Of a DNA stretch of 64,000 nucleotides, positions 10,801 to 21,331 are shown piece after piece. Each line of letters starts with the position of its first letter. Positions within the stretch are counted from its first letter, which is position 1. Under the pieces are notes generated by a model that saw only the letters and a list, made by a program, of their open reading frames with translations, was not told where the DNA came from and did no database searches. Source of the stretch: Giardia intestinalis. Its lineage: Eukaryota. A program made the position numbers and the translations under genes. The stretch lies in assembly GCA_000002435.2 (NCBI GenBank), contig CM018789.1. One strand, given 5' to 3'.

Positions 10801-12177
10801 TCAGTCCTTCTTGTTTATCGCACTAATAGCAGCAACGTTGAGCGTATTCCACGGGTTGTTGTAGTGGGGCTGGAAGAAAAAGTCCTGGACAGCCATCTTT
10901 TCAATCGTGTACCTGTTCTGGATACACACAGCAAGTGCATTCATGACCTGGTTGACAGACGCTTCCGACATCATTTGCCCACCAAGGACCCGGTGCGTAT
11001 CCCCGTCGTAGACAAGCTTCACCATGACGTTTGCGTTGGTTGGCATAAACCCAGGCCTGTCCGTGTCATTAATGATGACGGATTTAACATTCTTGATGCC
11101 AGCAAGTAAGGCGCCCTCCTCCGTCAGGCCCGTTGAAGCCATATGGTGCTTGAATATGCGGATCCCCGACGTGCCCTCCGTTCCGATAAGCCTGAGGTGC
11201 TTCAGCTTGAGGATATGCGCAGCAGCGGCCAGGCCTGTACGGATGGCATTAGTTGCAAGGGGCATGTACCTATCCTCATCTGTGACCGTGTAGTGGATCG
11301 TCGCACAGTCTCCAATGGCGTATACACCGGGCAGACTCGTCCTCGCACACTCATCAATGATGATCGCCTTCGATGGGTGGTGAACGTCGAGTTTGACACC
11401 GTGACGCTCCGCAGACTCCAGGATCATCTCCGTGACTGGGCGGAAGCCGATACAAAGAATAGCCGCGTCTCCACTGTAGACACCCTTACTGGTCCTGACA
11501 ACAATCTTGCCATCGTCCTCGTCAAAGGCCTCCAGTCTCTCACCCATCTGGAGCTGAACGCCATGGGCACGCATCTCATCCTCGCAGATGTCAGTGAATT
11601 CCTTGTCGAAGTTACGAGACATGATCCTACCAGAGCCGTCAATAAGCGTGCACGGCTGGTTCTTCAGCCCGAAGGCCTCGGCAAGCTCGACACCGATGTA
11701 CCCCGCCCCGATAACTACGCAGTGCTTGGTGTTCTCCTCGTGAGAAAACGTTTCGACGATTTTCTTGGCGTGCATATAGTTCTTGCAGAGAAGGACCTTG
11801 TCGCTCTTGATGCCCGGGATGTCAGGGATGATTGGCCAGGAGCCCGTGGCAAAGACAATCTTGTCATACCTCTCCGTCACAGTCTCATTGGTCACGAGGC
11901 TAACTGCGGTAAGCTTCTTGGTAGTAAAGTCGATATCCGTGACGTTGTACTGCATGTGGCAGACACACCCGAGTCCCGCAAGGTCATCCGGGTTGGAGTA
12001 AAAGAGCGACTCCATGTCCTTAACCGTCCCGTGGACACCGAGAGCTATCCCGCAGGACAGAAAAGACAGGTTGTCGTTTCTCTCGTAGATGGAGACCTCG
12101 ATGCTTGGGTCATGCTGCTTGATGGTCTTCGCGACGGCTGTTCCACCGTGGTTGCACCCAAGGATGATGACCTTCAT
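10801..12177 (-). CDS. NADH oxidase (FAD-dependent pyridine nucleotide-disulphide oxidoreductase, class-I, H2O-forming type).
   Basis: 459 aa counted from the internal ATG (MKVIILGCNHGGTAVAKT). The GxGxxG FAD site is followed by a second NAD(P)-binding GAGYIGVELAE motif. The redox-active Cys lies in ...LSFLSCGIALG.... An AGTAAAT signal follows the stop. The longer track ORF (506 aa) starts upstream at a non-conserved extension. Confidence 0.85.
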   Translation of the reverse strand: MKVIILGCNHGGTAVAKTIKQHDPSIEVSIYERNDNLSFLSCGIALGVHGTVKDMESLFYSNPDDLAGLGCVCHMQYNVTDIDFTTKKLTAVSLVTNETVTERYDKIVFATGSWPIIPDIPGIKSDKVLLCKNYMHAKKIVETFSHEENTKHCVVIGAGYIGVELAEAFGLKNQPCTLIDGSGRIMSRNFDKEFTDICEDEMRAHGVQLQMGERLEAFDEDDGKIVVRTSKGVYSGDAAILCIGFRPVTEMILESAERHGVKLDVHHPSKAIIIDECARTSLPGVYAIGDCATIHYTVTDEDRYMPLATNAIRTGLAAAAHILKLKHLRLIGTEGTSGIRIFKHHMASTGLTEEGALLAGIKNVKSVIINDTDRPGFMPTNANVMVKLVYDGDTHRVLGGQMMSEASVNQVMNALAVCIQNRYTIEKMAVQDFFFQPHYNNPWNTLNVAAISAINKKD

Positions 12178-12352
12178 TGCCCTTCTTTGTTTTTGGTCTC
12201 CAAAAGTCAAATTAATTAAATTTATATCTTGAAGAGTAAGTTTGACATTTTGCATGCGCCCTGTCACACCGTCGACGCATCCCAGATTTACTTGCCCAGA
12301 CACGAATCTGTACAAGACCAATATTTACAAAGAAATCCGTTTCAATCCTAAA

Positions 12353-15340
12353 TCACGGTAGATCGGCATCCAACATATTAATTCTGGCTGTCAGGGCCAC
12401 TATAGTTTTGTCCCTGGCTTGTAGCTCATTCTTCAGCTGCTCAATCTCCGCCTGGAGAACGGAGTCAATCGCTGAAGAGTCCAGAGAGTTCATCAGGGCA
12501 TCACGCAGCTTTGCCACCTCCCTCTTCTTATCACGAAGCTCTTCTCTGATATTGTCAAGCTCTGTCTTAGATGACTGTGGTAACGATGCCGTGTTAGCTG
12601 ACGGTAAATACATGGTTCCCTCCCGAGTAGAGTTGTATGTAGCCGTACTCAATAGGCTCTTCATCTGCTGATCCTGAGACTTTATGGCCATGCGCAAGTT
12701 AGCTGTTTCTTTATCTTTCTCTTCAACGGTACTTCGAAGACACGTAAAAGCTGTTTCCTGACTGGCAATGGATTGCTTCAGCCTATCAACCAGTTTATCT
12801 TTGGCCCGTAATTCTCCGCGGAGACGGTCTATCTCGGTCTTTTGCAATTGCTGAAGGCTATCTGAGCCTGGACTGTTCTTTAACCTCTTAATTTCTAAGT
12901 CCCGAGACACTAGAAGCTTTCGGAGCCGTTCTACTTCGCACTCGCGCTCCTTAAACAACTGCTCATAGTCAACGCCGTCGCCTGCTCCATTCCTCGCACG
13001 CTCTATCGCCTGATCGCCCAAATTTGCAATGCAAGCACGCAGACGTTCTATTTCCTGATCCTTTTGGGCTATCAAATCAGAGGACGGGAGGGGATCCTGG
13101 GGAACTATGTGACTGGCAGTCTTCAGAAGGGCATCCTGTGCATCCTTAAGCTGTGATTCTAGCTCTGCAGTTCTCGCATGCATGTCAACCAATTCCTGTT
13201 CTAGAGCCTCGCGGGCCTTAGAAACTTCATCAGCATCCAGGATTTCGATGGGCTTTGCCGGTATGGGTGCTTGCTGAACGTCCTCAGCAGCAATCTGCGA
13301 TGCCGTTGCGGACGCAGGGGTATCGGAGGCCTCAGACGCCTCCCCTTTCTTCTTACCCTTCTTTGTTTTGTCCGCTTTGTCGTTCTTATCTGCCTTTGAC
13401 TTGGACGCTTTCCCACGAGCAGACAGAGGTGCTGACGGTGTGACAGATGCCGCCTGATTTGGTGTGGAGACTTGACCCGTTGACGTGGCATGAAGCTGCT
13501 CCTTCAGTTTCGCTATCTCGTCATCACGTTCCTGAATTTGGACTTTCAATGCTTCCCTTTCCTCATCAGAAAGTCCGCTCTGAACAGGGACAGCAGGAAC
13601 TGGCTTCTGCTCCTCGGCAGGGGTCTCCGCAATAGAAGTGTCGGATGACTCTGTTCCTTTCTTCCTATCTTTCTTCCCATGTTCTGATTTAGAGGCCTTA
13701 CTCTTCACCGATGCAGGTGCTGATAGAGCAGGTGATTCTTGTACGCCCTCCTTGGCTTCTAGCAGAAGAGTGGGAACTGGAGCAGCAGCCTTTAGAGATT
13801 GCTGGTACGACTGTTCGAAGAAGACTTCACAGAGAGAGCGAAGTCTCTCAATCTCAATGTCGCGCGCTTTAAGCAATGGCCCGAAGTCTGGTGCGCTCTC
13901 CGTAGTAAGCGGAAGCATTCTTTCTGCCAAGACAGGAAGCTGAGCAGTGATAGAGTCAGGATTGGGCGTTTCAGAGGGCTCTCCACCTCTGATGCTACCT
14001 CTTCTGCTTGTCTTTGCACTGGTTTTTGCACTAGTCTTAGCACTAGTCTTATCTCCGCGCTTTTTGTCTTCTTTTGCAGACCCCTTCTTGGCTTTAGAGG
14101 TAGATGTTTCCTCTTCTGGGGGAACCTCCGGCTTGACCACAGGTGGCTGGGCGCGTGCATCCTCTAGCTCAATCTTCAGTTGCCTTATCTCCTCCTCATG
14201 GGCATCTCGTAAACGCTTCAGCTCTGCCAGCTTTCCCTCTAAATCAATAACCTTCAATTGAAGAGCATTGGCGTCGGAATACTCAGACATCACACGGCCG
14301 GCAGAAGGAATATACACACTCGGCAGTTCATATGTATACTCGGTCTTATCAGAAAGACAGACACCCAACTTATCAATCTCTTGAAGCTGGGCTGCAGCGG
14401 ATGGCTTCTTCTTTCCTCCTGTTCCAACAAGTTTTTTAATGTCTTCATAAGACTTCTGTGCATCCCCATAAGAGGGAAGCGACTCTAACGCAGATAGTCT
14501 CTCTTTCAGCCCTTCTAAAAGAGAAACCGCTTCAGCAATCTCCTTTAACGCATTATCCGGAGTAGAATACTGACTGATGTGATACCTAGCAACAACTTCA
14601 TAGTAGTGCTTCTTAAAAAGAGCGGTGTACCAGAGTCCATAGTAAACGTCCGTGGCTTCCGAGAGCTTATCGAAAAACTCCGTTGCATGAGTAAAGTTGC
14701 GATGTGCCTTTGCCGCTTCTTGAGCTATCAAAGCTGGAGCTCCTTTCGCTGCGACGTACCTCGAGACTTCAGATTCGTATCCGCAGCCCCTGACAGTGTG
14801 GAGAATCGCCATCAGGTAGTTGCGATCGACAAAGTCACAGCCGGACGAGTCGGCAAGTGGCTGAATCTCCGAAACTATCTCTGACGCCTTTTCAAAAAGA
14901 TTTGCAGCCTGTGCGAAGAGACTCAGAACGTTTTCCTTCTGATCTGGACTCGACGCCTGGCGGGCCAACAAGACCCCCAGATTATACAGAATGTTAACGA
15001 CATCGATCATAAGCGGCTCTAGGAACGACGTTGCCTCGCCTGTAGCGGCAGCTTCTTCGAATATCCAGTGATGACTATGTTGTGAAATTAGCTCTTTGAA
15101 CTCCTTCGATGCCCACGGAAGCTGTTTGGCCAACGGCAACGCCAAAGAGTACGCCTCTTTAAGCGAGTCCATGTTTTTAACATCCGTACGCAAAGCACTG
15201 TACCTCTCGATAGTCTGAACTAGGTCCGAAGACGCTGATGCAGGCAGTCCGTCCCCCATATTTTGAATAGCCTTGAGCAGGGCATTATCATCTGCAGGCA
15301 CACGCAGCGGAAGCGCGAGAGCGCAAGGATTCTGATGCAT
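12353..15340 (-). CDS. Large coiled-coil protein (995 aa) with a roughly 330-aa N-terminal globular domain, Lys/Ser/Thr-rich linkers (KTSAKTSAKTSAK) and multiple heptad-rich segments.
   Basis: ATG at 15338-15340. There are long ExxRLRxL-type repeats (EIERLRS, EVERLRKLL, EIKRLKN, EIDRLRGELRAKDKLVDRLKQ). I recognised no enzymatic motif. Confidence 0.7.
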   Translation of the reverse strand: MHQNPCALALPLRVPADDNALLKAIQNMGDGLPASASSDLVQTIERYSALRTDVKNMDSLKEAYSLALPLAKQLPWASKEFKELISQHSHHWIFEEAAATGEATSFLEPLMIDVVNILYNLGVLLARQASSPDQKENVLSLFAQAANLFEKASEIVSEIQPLADSSGCDFVDRNYLMAILHTVRGCGYESEVSRYVAAKGAPALIAQEAAKAHRNFTHATEFFDKLSEATDVYYGLWYTALFKKHYYEVVARYHISQYSTPDNALKEIAEAVSLLEGLKERLSALESLPSYGDAQKSYEDIKKLVGTGGKKKPSAAAQLQEIDKLGVCLSDKTEYTYELPSVYIPSAGRVMSEYSDANALQLKVIDLEGKLAELKRLRDAHEEEIRQLKIELEDARAQPPVVKPEVPPEEETSTSKAKKGSAKEDKKRGDKTSAKTSAKTSAKTSRRGSIRGGEPSETPNPDSITAQLPVLAERMLPLTTESAPDFGPLLKARDIEIERLRSLCEVFFEQSYQQSLKAAAPVPTLLLEAKEGVQESPALSAPASVKSKASKSEHGKKDRKKGTESSDTSIAETPAEEQKPVPAVPVQSGLSDEEREALKVQIQERDDEIAKLKEQLHATSTGQVSTPNQAASVTPSAPLSARGKASKSKADKNDKADKTKKGKKKGEASEASDTPASATASQIAAEDVQQAPIPAKPIEILDADEVSKAREALEQELVDMHARTAELESQLKDAQDALLKTASHIVPQDPLPSSDLIAQKDQEIERLRACIANLGDQAIERARNGAGDGVDYEQLFKERECEVERLRKLLVSRDLEIKRLKNSPGSDSLQQLQKTEIDRLRGELRAKDKLVDRLKQSIASQETAFTCLRSTVEEKDKETANLRMAIKSQDQQMKSLLSTATYNSTREGTMYLPSANTASLPQSSKTELDNIREELRDKKREVAKLRDALMNSLDSSAIDSVLQAEIEQLKNELQARDKTIVALTARINMLDADLP

Positions 15341-15421
15341 CTTTTTATTGCCGCCAAAAAAGTGGAGTGCTCAAAAATTAAAAAAATTAAAAAGCTCAAA
15401 AAGCTGGTTACTGGTCCTTGA
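15341..15421. promoter_or_regulatory. Bidirectional AT-rich promoter/initiator region between the divergent coiled-coil (-) and prefoldin (+) genes.
   Basis: The 80-bp spacer is dominated by AAAATTAAAAAAATTAAAAAG, the kind of A/T-rich initiator stretch that sits immediately upstream of Giardia start codons. Similar stretches lie at 33232-33264, 12178-12240 and 26731-26876. Confidence 0.35.
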
Positions 15422-16000
15422 ATGACGAGTTACCAGAAGGAGCTGCCGGTAGATTGCTTTGAGCACGTGTTACCAGACGAGTATAATACACGCAAAATCC
15501 CACGGGCAGAGTATATAGAAGATATTGCCGACTTTGTAAGGCAGCACGGCGATGATGCGGCTGCCGCGATCGCAGCTCTCCAGGAGAAATTGCAGAAGTA
15601 CAGCTTCATGCTGGACGTCGTCCAGAAGCAGAAAAATTCCCTTGTCGGCTCGACGGCTGACCTTAGAGAGAATCTGGACCTCATAGATTATTTGGAGAAG
15701 CAGGAAAGCGCTTTTGAGGCGAGGTATGAGCTGGCTGCCGGCGTATATGCCAAGGCGATGATCCCAAAAAGCGACCAGGTATCACTCTGGCTCGGAAGCC
15801 ACGTTATGGTGGAGTTTCCGCACGGAGAGGCTCGGTCCCTACTCAAAAAAAATCTGGGTGACGCCGAGCAGAGCATAGCAGAAATGGCGAAGAATCTTCA
15901 GTTTATTAAGGAGCAGATCACAATGATAGAGGTCAGTATCAGCCGGGTCTTCAACTGGGACGTCCAGAGAGTAAAAACTTCAGGAGACATTATCGAGTAA
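15422..16000 (+). CDS. VBP1: Prefoldin subunit 3 (VBP1/Gim2 family, alpha-class prefoldin).
   Basis: 192 aa. Alignable to VBP1 across the coiled-coil/beta-hairpin/coiled-coil fold, including the C-terminal ...ISRVFNWDVQRVK, compared with human ...MARVYNWDVKRRNK. Confidence 0.8.
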   Translation: MTSYQKELPVDCFEHVLPDEYNTRKIPRAEYIEDIADFVRQHGDDAAAAIAALQEKLQKYSFMLDVVQKQKNSLVGSTADLRENLDLIDYLEKQESAFEARYELAAGVYAKAMIPKSDQVSLWLGSHVMVEFPHGEARSLLKKNLGDAEQSIAEMAKNLQFIKEQITMIEVSISRVFNWDVQRVKTSGDIIE

Positions 16001-16033
16001 TTATCGAGTAAATCGGGAAATTTTAGAGCAGGC

Positions 16034-16837
16034 ATGCGCGGCAGCGGAGCCCTGCTGCTTATGCTGGGCCAGGCATCGACCCAGGGCGTCATCATCGTGA
16101 CTCGCTCCCTGAAATATCAGCCGTATGCTCAGACAGTGTCCGATAAAGTTCACTTTGCATGTATCGCACTCGTCGCTGCATTTTGCTTATCCTCTTTCCT
16201 CCTCCATGTATATGGTGACGAGGCTCAGAAAGAGCTGTTTTGGAAGCTTTTGACAAAGCCTGTGCCCGTTTCAACTTTGTGGCTGGTGACACTACAACCG
16301 CTTTTGCTTCTGCTCTCAGCACTTAGGCACAGGCACTACAAGAGCAACATTGCGGAGGAGCAGTTCAGCGAACTCTTGTATAGTCTTGTAATAGCCCCCG
16401 TCGCAGAAGAGGTAATGTACCGGCTCATGGTAGAGGCGCTCTTTCAACCACTCGACTACATGCCTATGTCACGAATAGTGATAAGCAACAGCTTCTTCGC
16501 GCTCCTCCACTTTCTTGCCATAAGGGACAGGTACCGCTTTGCTCAGACCCTGATTGCCAAGGCGTCGATACTCCTCAATGCCGGCCTTACCGTGGTTCTC
16601 CAGGCCACGCTATTCGGGGTATGGAGTGAGATGATGCTAGCAGTTACAGGCTCCATCTGGCCCTCCATCATCATCCACAGCATCTGCAACTACATCGGCC
16701 CACCGCGAATGATCACGTCCAAAGATTGGTACATCAATGCCATAGGACTCTGCTGCTTCCTCCTAAATATCATCATCGTCTGCGAGCTCCATGGTATCCC
16801 CGTTTCACAGACCCTATTTGTCCGATTTAGTAATTGA
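16034..16837 (+). CDS. CAAX prenyl protease 2 / CPBP-family intramembrane metalloprotease (Rce1-like).
   Basis: Polytopic membrane protein of 267 aa. It carries the family motifs EExxxR (APVAEEVMYRL), FxxxH (FFALLHFL) and HxxxN (IHSICNY). Confidence 0.75.
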   Translation: MRGSGALLLMLGQASTQGVIIVTRSLKYQPYAQTVSDKVHFACIALVAAFCLSSFLLHVYGDEAQKELFWKLLTKPVPVSTLWLVTLQPLLLLLSALRHRHYKSNIAEEQFSELLYSLVIAPVAEEVMYRLMVEALFQPLDYMPMSRIVISNSFFALLHFLAIRDRYRFAQTLIAKASILLNAGLTVVLQATLFGVWSEMMLAVTGSIWPSIIIHSICNYIGPPRMITSKDWYINAIGLCCFLLNIIIVCELHGIPVSQTLFVRFSN

Positions 16838-17003
16838 TTCTGTATCCATTTTTAGATATGCAAAAGCCGAATAGAATTCCGCCCACCCAGGCTTTCCTAG
16901 AAGATAATCAGTCGCTGCGACCCCGTGCGAATGTTGCCTTCCGAAATCAAAAAAATCACAATTGATTTTGATCTGACGATCAGGACGCCGGGAAAATAAA
17001 ATC

Positions 17004-18998
17004 ATGGCAACTGCACCGGCTGTAGGCATCGACCTCGGAACCACTTACTCCTGCGTTGGCGTTTATCAGAACGAAAAAGTGGAGATCATCGCCAATGAGC
17101 AGGGCGCGTACACCACGCCCTCCTACGTCGCCTTCACGGATGCAGAGCGTCTCATCGGCGACTCCGCCAAGAACCAGTGCGCCCTCAATCCTGAGAATAC
17201 CATCTTCGACGCCAAGCGCTTGATCGGTCGCAGGTTCAACGACCCTGAAGTGCAGGCAGACCTCAAGCACTTCCCGTTCAAGGTCATCTGCGGCCCCGAC
17301 GAGAAGCCCCAGATCCAGGTTGTCTACAAGGGTGAGACGAAGACGTTCACTCCCGAGGAGATCTCCTCCATGGTCCTCACCAAGATGAAGGATATCGCCA
17401 GCGACTACCTCGGCAACAAGGTCACCGAGGCCATCGTCACCGTCCCTGCGTACTTCTCTGATGCGCAGCGCAAGGCTACGCAGAACGCCGGCACGATTGC
17501 TGGGCTTAACGTCCTCCGCATCATCAACGAGCCCACTGCCGCTGCCATCGCCTATGGGCTCGACAAGTCTACGTCCAAGAAGGAGCGCAACATCCTCATC
17601 TTTGACCTCGGTGGTGGGACGTTCGATGTCTCCCTCCTGACTGTCGACCCCAGCTCCGGCGTCTTTGAGGTCAAGGCCACGGCTGGCGACACTCACCTGG
17701 GCGGCGAGGACTTCGACTCGCGCGTCGTGAACTACTTCATCGCCGAGTTTAAGAAGAAGCACGGGAAGGATATCTCCGGTAGCAACAGGGCGATGCGTCG
17801 CCTGCGCACTGCCTGTGAGCGCGCTAAGCGCACTCTTTCCTCGAGCCAGCAGGCGTCTATCGAGATAGAGTCTCTTTTCGAGGGCATAGACTTCTTCACT
17901 AACATCACAAGGGCGAAGTTCGAGGATCTTTGCATTGACCTCTTCCGTAAGTGCCTGGACCCCGTTGATCGCGTTCTCCGCGATTCCAAGCTCGGAAAGA
18001 ACGACGTCCACGACATTGTTCTTGTCGGTGGGTCCACGCGTATCCCGAAGGTCCAGCAGATGCTCAGGGACTTCTTCAACGGCCGCGAGCTCAGCAAGAA
18101 CGTCAACCCCGACGAGGCTGTCGCCTACGGGGCGTCTGTCCAGGCCGCCCTCCTGTCCTCTTACAAGGATCAGGCCGGAAGCGGTGCAATCAACGACATC
18201 CTGCTTCTCGATGTCACGCCTCTCTCGCTCGGTATCGAGACGTCTGGCACCAACATGACGACCCTCATCCCGCGCAATACCACTGTGCCAGTATCTAGGA
18301 AGGAGACCTTCACGACCTACGCCGACAACCAGACAACCGTTACAATCAGGATCTTCGAGGGCGAGCGGCCGCTCACGAAGGACAACAACTTGCTCGGTAC
18401 GTTCGACCTCGGCGGCATTCCCCCCGCGCCCCGTGGCACACCAAAGATAGAAGTCACCTACGACGTCTCCGCCGACGGCGTTCTCACAGTCACAGCCAAG
18501 GACCTCGGCGGCACAGGAAACTCCAAGCAACTCTCGATCAACCAGAACGCCAACCGCCTTTCGCAGGAGGAGATCGACCGCATGGTCAAGGACGCTGAGC
18601 GCTTTGCCAAGGAGGACGAGAAGATCCGCGAGGGCCAGAAGGCCCGGAACGAGCTCGAGAGCCTCGTCTTCAGCGTGAAGTCCACCCTCGGCGAGGGCAA
18701 GGTACAGATCTCAGATGACGATAAGAAGAAGATCGAGACGGCCGTCAACGAATGCGCGACCTGGCTTGAGAACAACAAGGTCGGCGACAAGGAGCAGTTC
18801 GAGGCCAAGAAGAAGGAGCTGGAGGCGATCGTCCATCCCGTTATGGCTGCTGGCATGGGCGCGGCCGGTATGCCGCCGGGAGGCTTCCCTGGTGGCATGC
18901 CTCCTGGTGGGTTCCCCGGCGGATTCCCTGGCGGGATGCCCGGTGGCGCGGCCCCAGGCGGTGCCCCTGCGGGTCCCAGTGTCGATGATCTGGACTAA
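17004..18998 (+). CDS. HSP70: Cytosolic heat-shock protein 70 (HSP70/HSPA).
   Basis: 664 aa. It starts [12 protein letters not shown] and contains [10 protein letters not shown] and the full nucleotide- and substrate-binding domains. A C-terminal GGMP-type repeat ([23 protein letters not shown]) ends ...PSVDDLD. Confidence 0.95.
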   Translation: MATAPAVGIDLGTTYSCVGVYQNEKVEIIANEQGAYTTPSYVAFTDAERLIGDSAKNQCALNPENTIFDAKRLIGRRFNDPEVQADLKHFPFKVICGPDEKPQIQVVYKGETKTFTPEEISSMVLTKMKDIASDYLGNKVTEAIVTVPAYFSDAQRKATQNAGTIAGLNVLRIINEPTAAAIAYGLDKSTSKKERNILIFDLGGGTFDVSLLTVDPSSGVFEVKATAGDTHLGGEDFDSRVVNYFIAEFKKKHGKDISGSNRAMRRLRTACERAKRTLSSSQQASIEIESLFEGIDFFTNITRAKFEDLCIDLFRKCLDPVDRVLRDSKLGKNDVHDIVLVGGSTRIPKVQQMLRDFFNGRELSKNVNPDEAVAYGASVQAALLSSYKDQAGSGAINDILLLDVTPLSLGIETSGTNMTTLIPRNTTVPVSRKETFTTYADNQTTVTIRIFEGERPLTKDNNLLGTFDLGGIPPAPRGTPKIEVTYDVSADGVLTVTAKDLGGTGNSKQLSINQNANRLSQEEIDRMVKDAERFAKEDEKIREGQKARNELESLVFSVKSTLGEGKVQISDDDKKKIETAVNECATWLENNKVGDKEQFEAKKKELEAIVHPVMAAGMGAAGMPPGGFPGGMPPGGFPGGFPGGMPGGAAPGGAPAGPSVDDLD

Positions 18999-19148
18999 CT
19001 GTGGTGTAAGGAGGTAAATTTCTTTGCTTTGCTTTCCATTCGTGCCACTCCTCTCCACGCCGCGCTTCCCGCCCCTTTCATCTGCGTGCAGGGCCGGTGG
19101 CAGAGCTGAGCGGCGGGCCACACCGGACGGTTTGCTCCTTAGAATTTA

Positions 19149-19712
19149 ATGTACGCGACCCGCCTGCAGCACCTCTGCAGCAAATATAGCCACCAGTCTC
19201 CTAATCCTAAAAAGGTGTCGGCTACCCGTCAACCACCGGCCATAAACGCTGGTCCATCTGGTCTTTACGATAACTATCAACGCAAAAAGGACCAAGAGCT
19301 GATAGAGGAGGCGACCTTCATGAACACTGGGCTGCTTCCCAAGGCTGTTAATAAGCTTTCTTCTGGGTATGCCCATAGACACCAGAAAACAGAATCTGCA
19401 AGCCCTTCAAAAGGCAAGTCGGCTACCGACCTACTGACTAAAACCGTAGCATGTAGAGCAGAGCCACTCATGAAAAACCAGCTGGCTTCTGACTCACGAC
19501 CACTTACTCGATCACTGCAGCTTGATTCTCAGTCGTCTCTAAAGTTGTCTACGCACTCTCATGTGCAGTTGCCGTACAAGGAGTTGGACAGGCTGGCTAC
19601 ATCTCGGGCGGAAGAGATAGAAATAGACTCTATCAAGATAGAACAGCTCTATTCCGCCAGAGTCACAAAGCTCGCACTGTCTCACAGAAGCCGTCTAGAC
19701 ATCCTATTATAG
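19149..19712 (+). CDS. Hypothetical protein (187 aa).
   Basis: ATG-initiated ORF in an otherwise empty interval. I recognised no domain. Confidence 0.3.
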   Translation: MYATRLQHLCSKYSHQSPNPKKVSATRQPPAINAGPSGLYDNYQRKKDQELIEEATFMNTGLLPKAVNKLSSGYAHRHQKTESASPSKGKSATDLLTKTVACRAEPLMKNQLASDSRPLTRSLQLDSQSSLKLSTHSHVQLPYKELDRLATSRAEEIEIDSIKIEQLYSARVTKLALSHRSRLDILL

Positions 19713-19810
19713 CCTCTTCTCATAATCTTGGTCTTCACTAGCTTACCATATTCTGTAACTCGCAGCTCTTGGCGTTTACAAGTGTCGAAGCGGCGAAAGC
19801 GAAAGGAAAA

Positions 19811-20095
19811 ATGAGTCGGCCTACAATCGTACGTAAGGCATTCGTACACGACAGAGCAGCGCATCTTACCTTCTTAGAGCGTTGCATTCTGCGGCACCAG
19901 CCTAGTACGCTTTTGAATCAGCTGCCAAACAAGGCCTTCCCCCCTTATGATCTAATTGATGAGGGGACCCTCCAGACCCTGTTTGAGACCGCATTTTTAC
20001 ACTCTGGGCAAATACCAACAGAGATCTCGGCGCTATACCGGCTATATTTTGGTCCCAGGTCCGGAGTATGTGCATCGAGCAGCAGAAGCACTTAA
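19811..20095 (+). CDS. Small hypothetical protein (94 aa from the first ATG).
   Basis: The track ORF 19769..20095 starts with TTG, and the first ATG is at 19811. This is a weak call and it could be non-coding. Confidence 0.2.
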   Translation: MSRPTIVRKAFVHDRAAHLTFLERCILRHQPSTLLNQLPNKAFPPYDLIDEGTLQTLFETAFLHSGQIPTEISALYRLYFGPRSGVCASSSRST

Positions 20096-20244
20096 GTTGA
20101 GAAAAGTTGAAAAGCCTTCGCGATGAGGGTTACCGGACTTTCACTGCGACACAAGAGTTTATCTGAATGCACGCTTTTGATGCCACCGTCGTACAGCGTC
20201 TTCTTTGAGAAGTTTAAAAAACGATTAAATAATTGCACTACACC

Positions 20245-21096
20245 ATGCAACGGCGAAATGCGCGACAACGACAAGAGTTCCTCTATCGCAAGCAACTGCA
20301 AGCATCGGAAGCTGCTTCATATACTCACAAAGAACAGCTACAGAAGGCATTGGAGACTGGCAAGAGCATTCCAGATCACCTGCGGGCAGACGCTATTAAC
20401 CTCGCCGAGCACATGCTCTTCGACGACGTGACCACCAAGGTAAAAGGGCTGGACGATGATGAGTATGCGAACGCAAAGGTTCCAAAGCTTCTTCTCACCA
20501 CAAGCAGGAACCCTAGTAGTAGGCTCCGCAACTTTGCTAAGGAGCTGCGATATTTATTCCCTAATACACAACGTGTTAACCGCGGCCGGCACGTCATCTC
20601 CGAATTAGTAGATGTTGCCAGATCCAGCGGTTTCACAGATCTTCTAATACTACATGAGACGCGTGGGAACCCGGACGGGCTTGTACTTTCCCACCTTCCT
20701 TATGGCCCAACAGCATATTTTACTCTGTCAAATGTGGTGCTAAGAAGCGAGACAAACTCGGATGAGACTGTTCCAGAGCATGCTCCCCATCTGATTTTCG
20801 AGGGCATGCACAGCAAGCTGGGTGCACGGTTGACTCAAATACTTAAGCACCTCTTTCCGACCGGAGGCAAGTCTGCCAAGCGTGTTTGTTCATTCATAAA
20901 CAGGCAGGACTCCATAGTGTTTCGCAATCATGTGTACCGGAAGGTAGGTCCGGAAGTCGTGCTAAAGGAGATTGGGCCGCGATTTTGCTTGCACCCTTAC
21001 ATGATCCGCCTGGATACGATGGAGTCCACTGCTGGCGAGACTGAGTGGCGCTTGCACAACTTTACTAACACTGCACACTTAAAACAACACTTGTGA
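20245..21096 (+). CDS. IMP4: U3 snoRNP protein IMP4 (Brix-domain ribosome biogenesis factor).
   Basis: From ATG at 20245 the protein starts MQRRNARQRQEFLYRKQLQ..., compared with yeast/human IMP4 MLRRQARERREYLYRK.... The Brix domain core is present (...RLRNFAKELRYLFPN...LLILHETRGNPDGLVLSHLP...). The track start at 20233 is TTG. Confidence 0.8.
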   Translation: MQRRNARQRQEFLYRKQLQASEAASYTHKEQLQKALETGKSIPDHLRADAINLAEHMLFDDVTTKVKGLDDDEYANAKVPKLLLTTSRNPSSRLRNFAKELRYLFPNTQRVNRGRHVISELVDVARSSGFTDLLILHETRGNPDGLVLSHLPYGPTAYFTLSNVVLRSETNSDETVPEHAPHLIFEGMHSKLGARLTQILKHLFPTGGKSAKRVCSFINRQDSIVFRNHVYRKVGPEVVLKEIGPRFCLHPYMIRLDTMESTAGETEWRLHNFTNTAHLKQHL

Positions 21097-21331
21097 ATCC
21101 CAAGATTGCTTTTCTTTTCTAGGATTCTCAAAAGAGCGTGGATTGTTACTGAGATATGTTGTTAAGATATGCCGACTAAAGTATCAGGGCATGCTCGAGT
21201 TCTACTGGGTTGGTGAAAGGAGAGGGAAAGGAGAAGGAAAGAAGAGAAGGGCACTAGCAAAGCACGAATGAGACTGGACAAGCAGCCTCCAAAAAAAGGC
21301 TTTTGGTCAAAGTTTTGATTTTCAGGACCTC

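Noticed and set aside
11143-12219. 358-aa plus-strand ORF antisense to NADH oxidase, and similar long antisense ORFs opposite HSP70 (16980..18530-, 516 aa) and the NEK-like/ankyrin gene (45739..47232+, 497 aa)
   Set aside because: The sense-strand proteins have unambiguous homology. High GC3 codon usage suppresses stop codons on the antisense strand. These ORFs are Arg/Ser/Leu-rich nonsense.
15991-16014. Tandem duplication tatcgagtaa-ttatcgagtaaatc at the prefoldin stop codon
   Set aside because: It is just a 10-bp local duplication that supplies both the TAA stop and the AGTAAAT poly(A) signal, with no larger structure.
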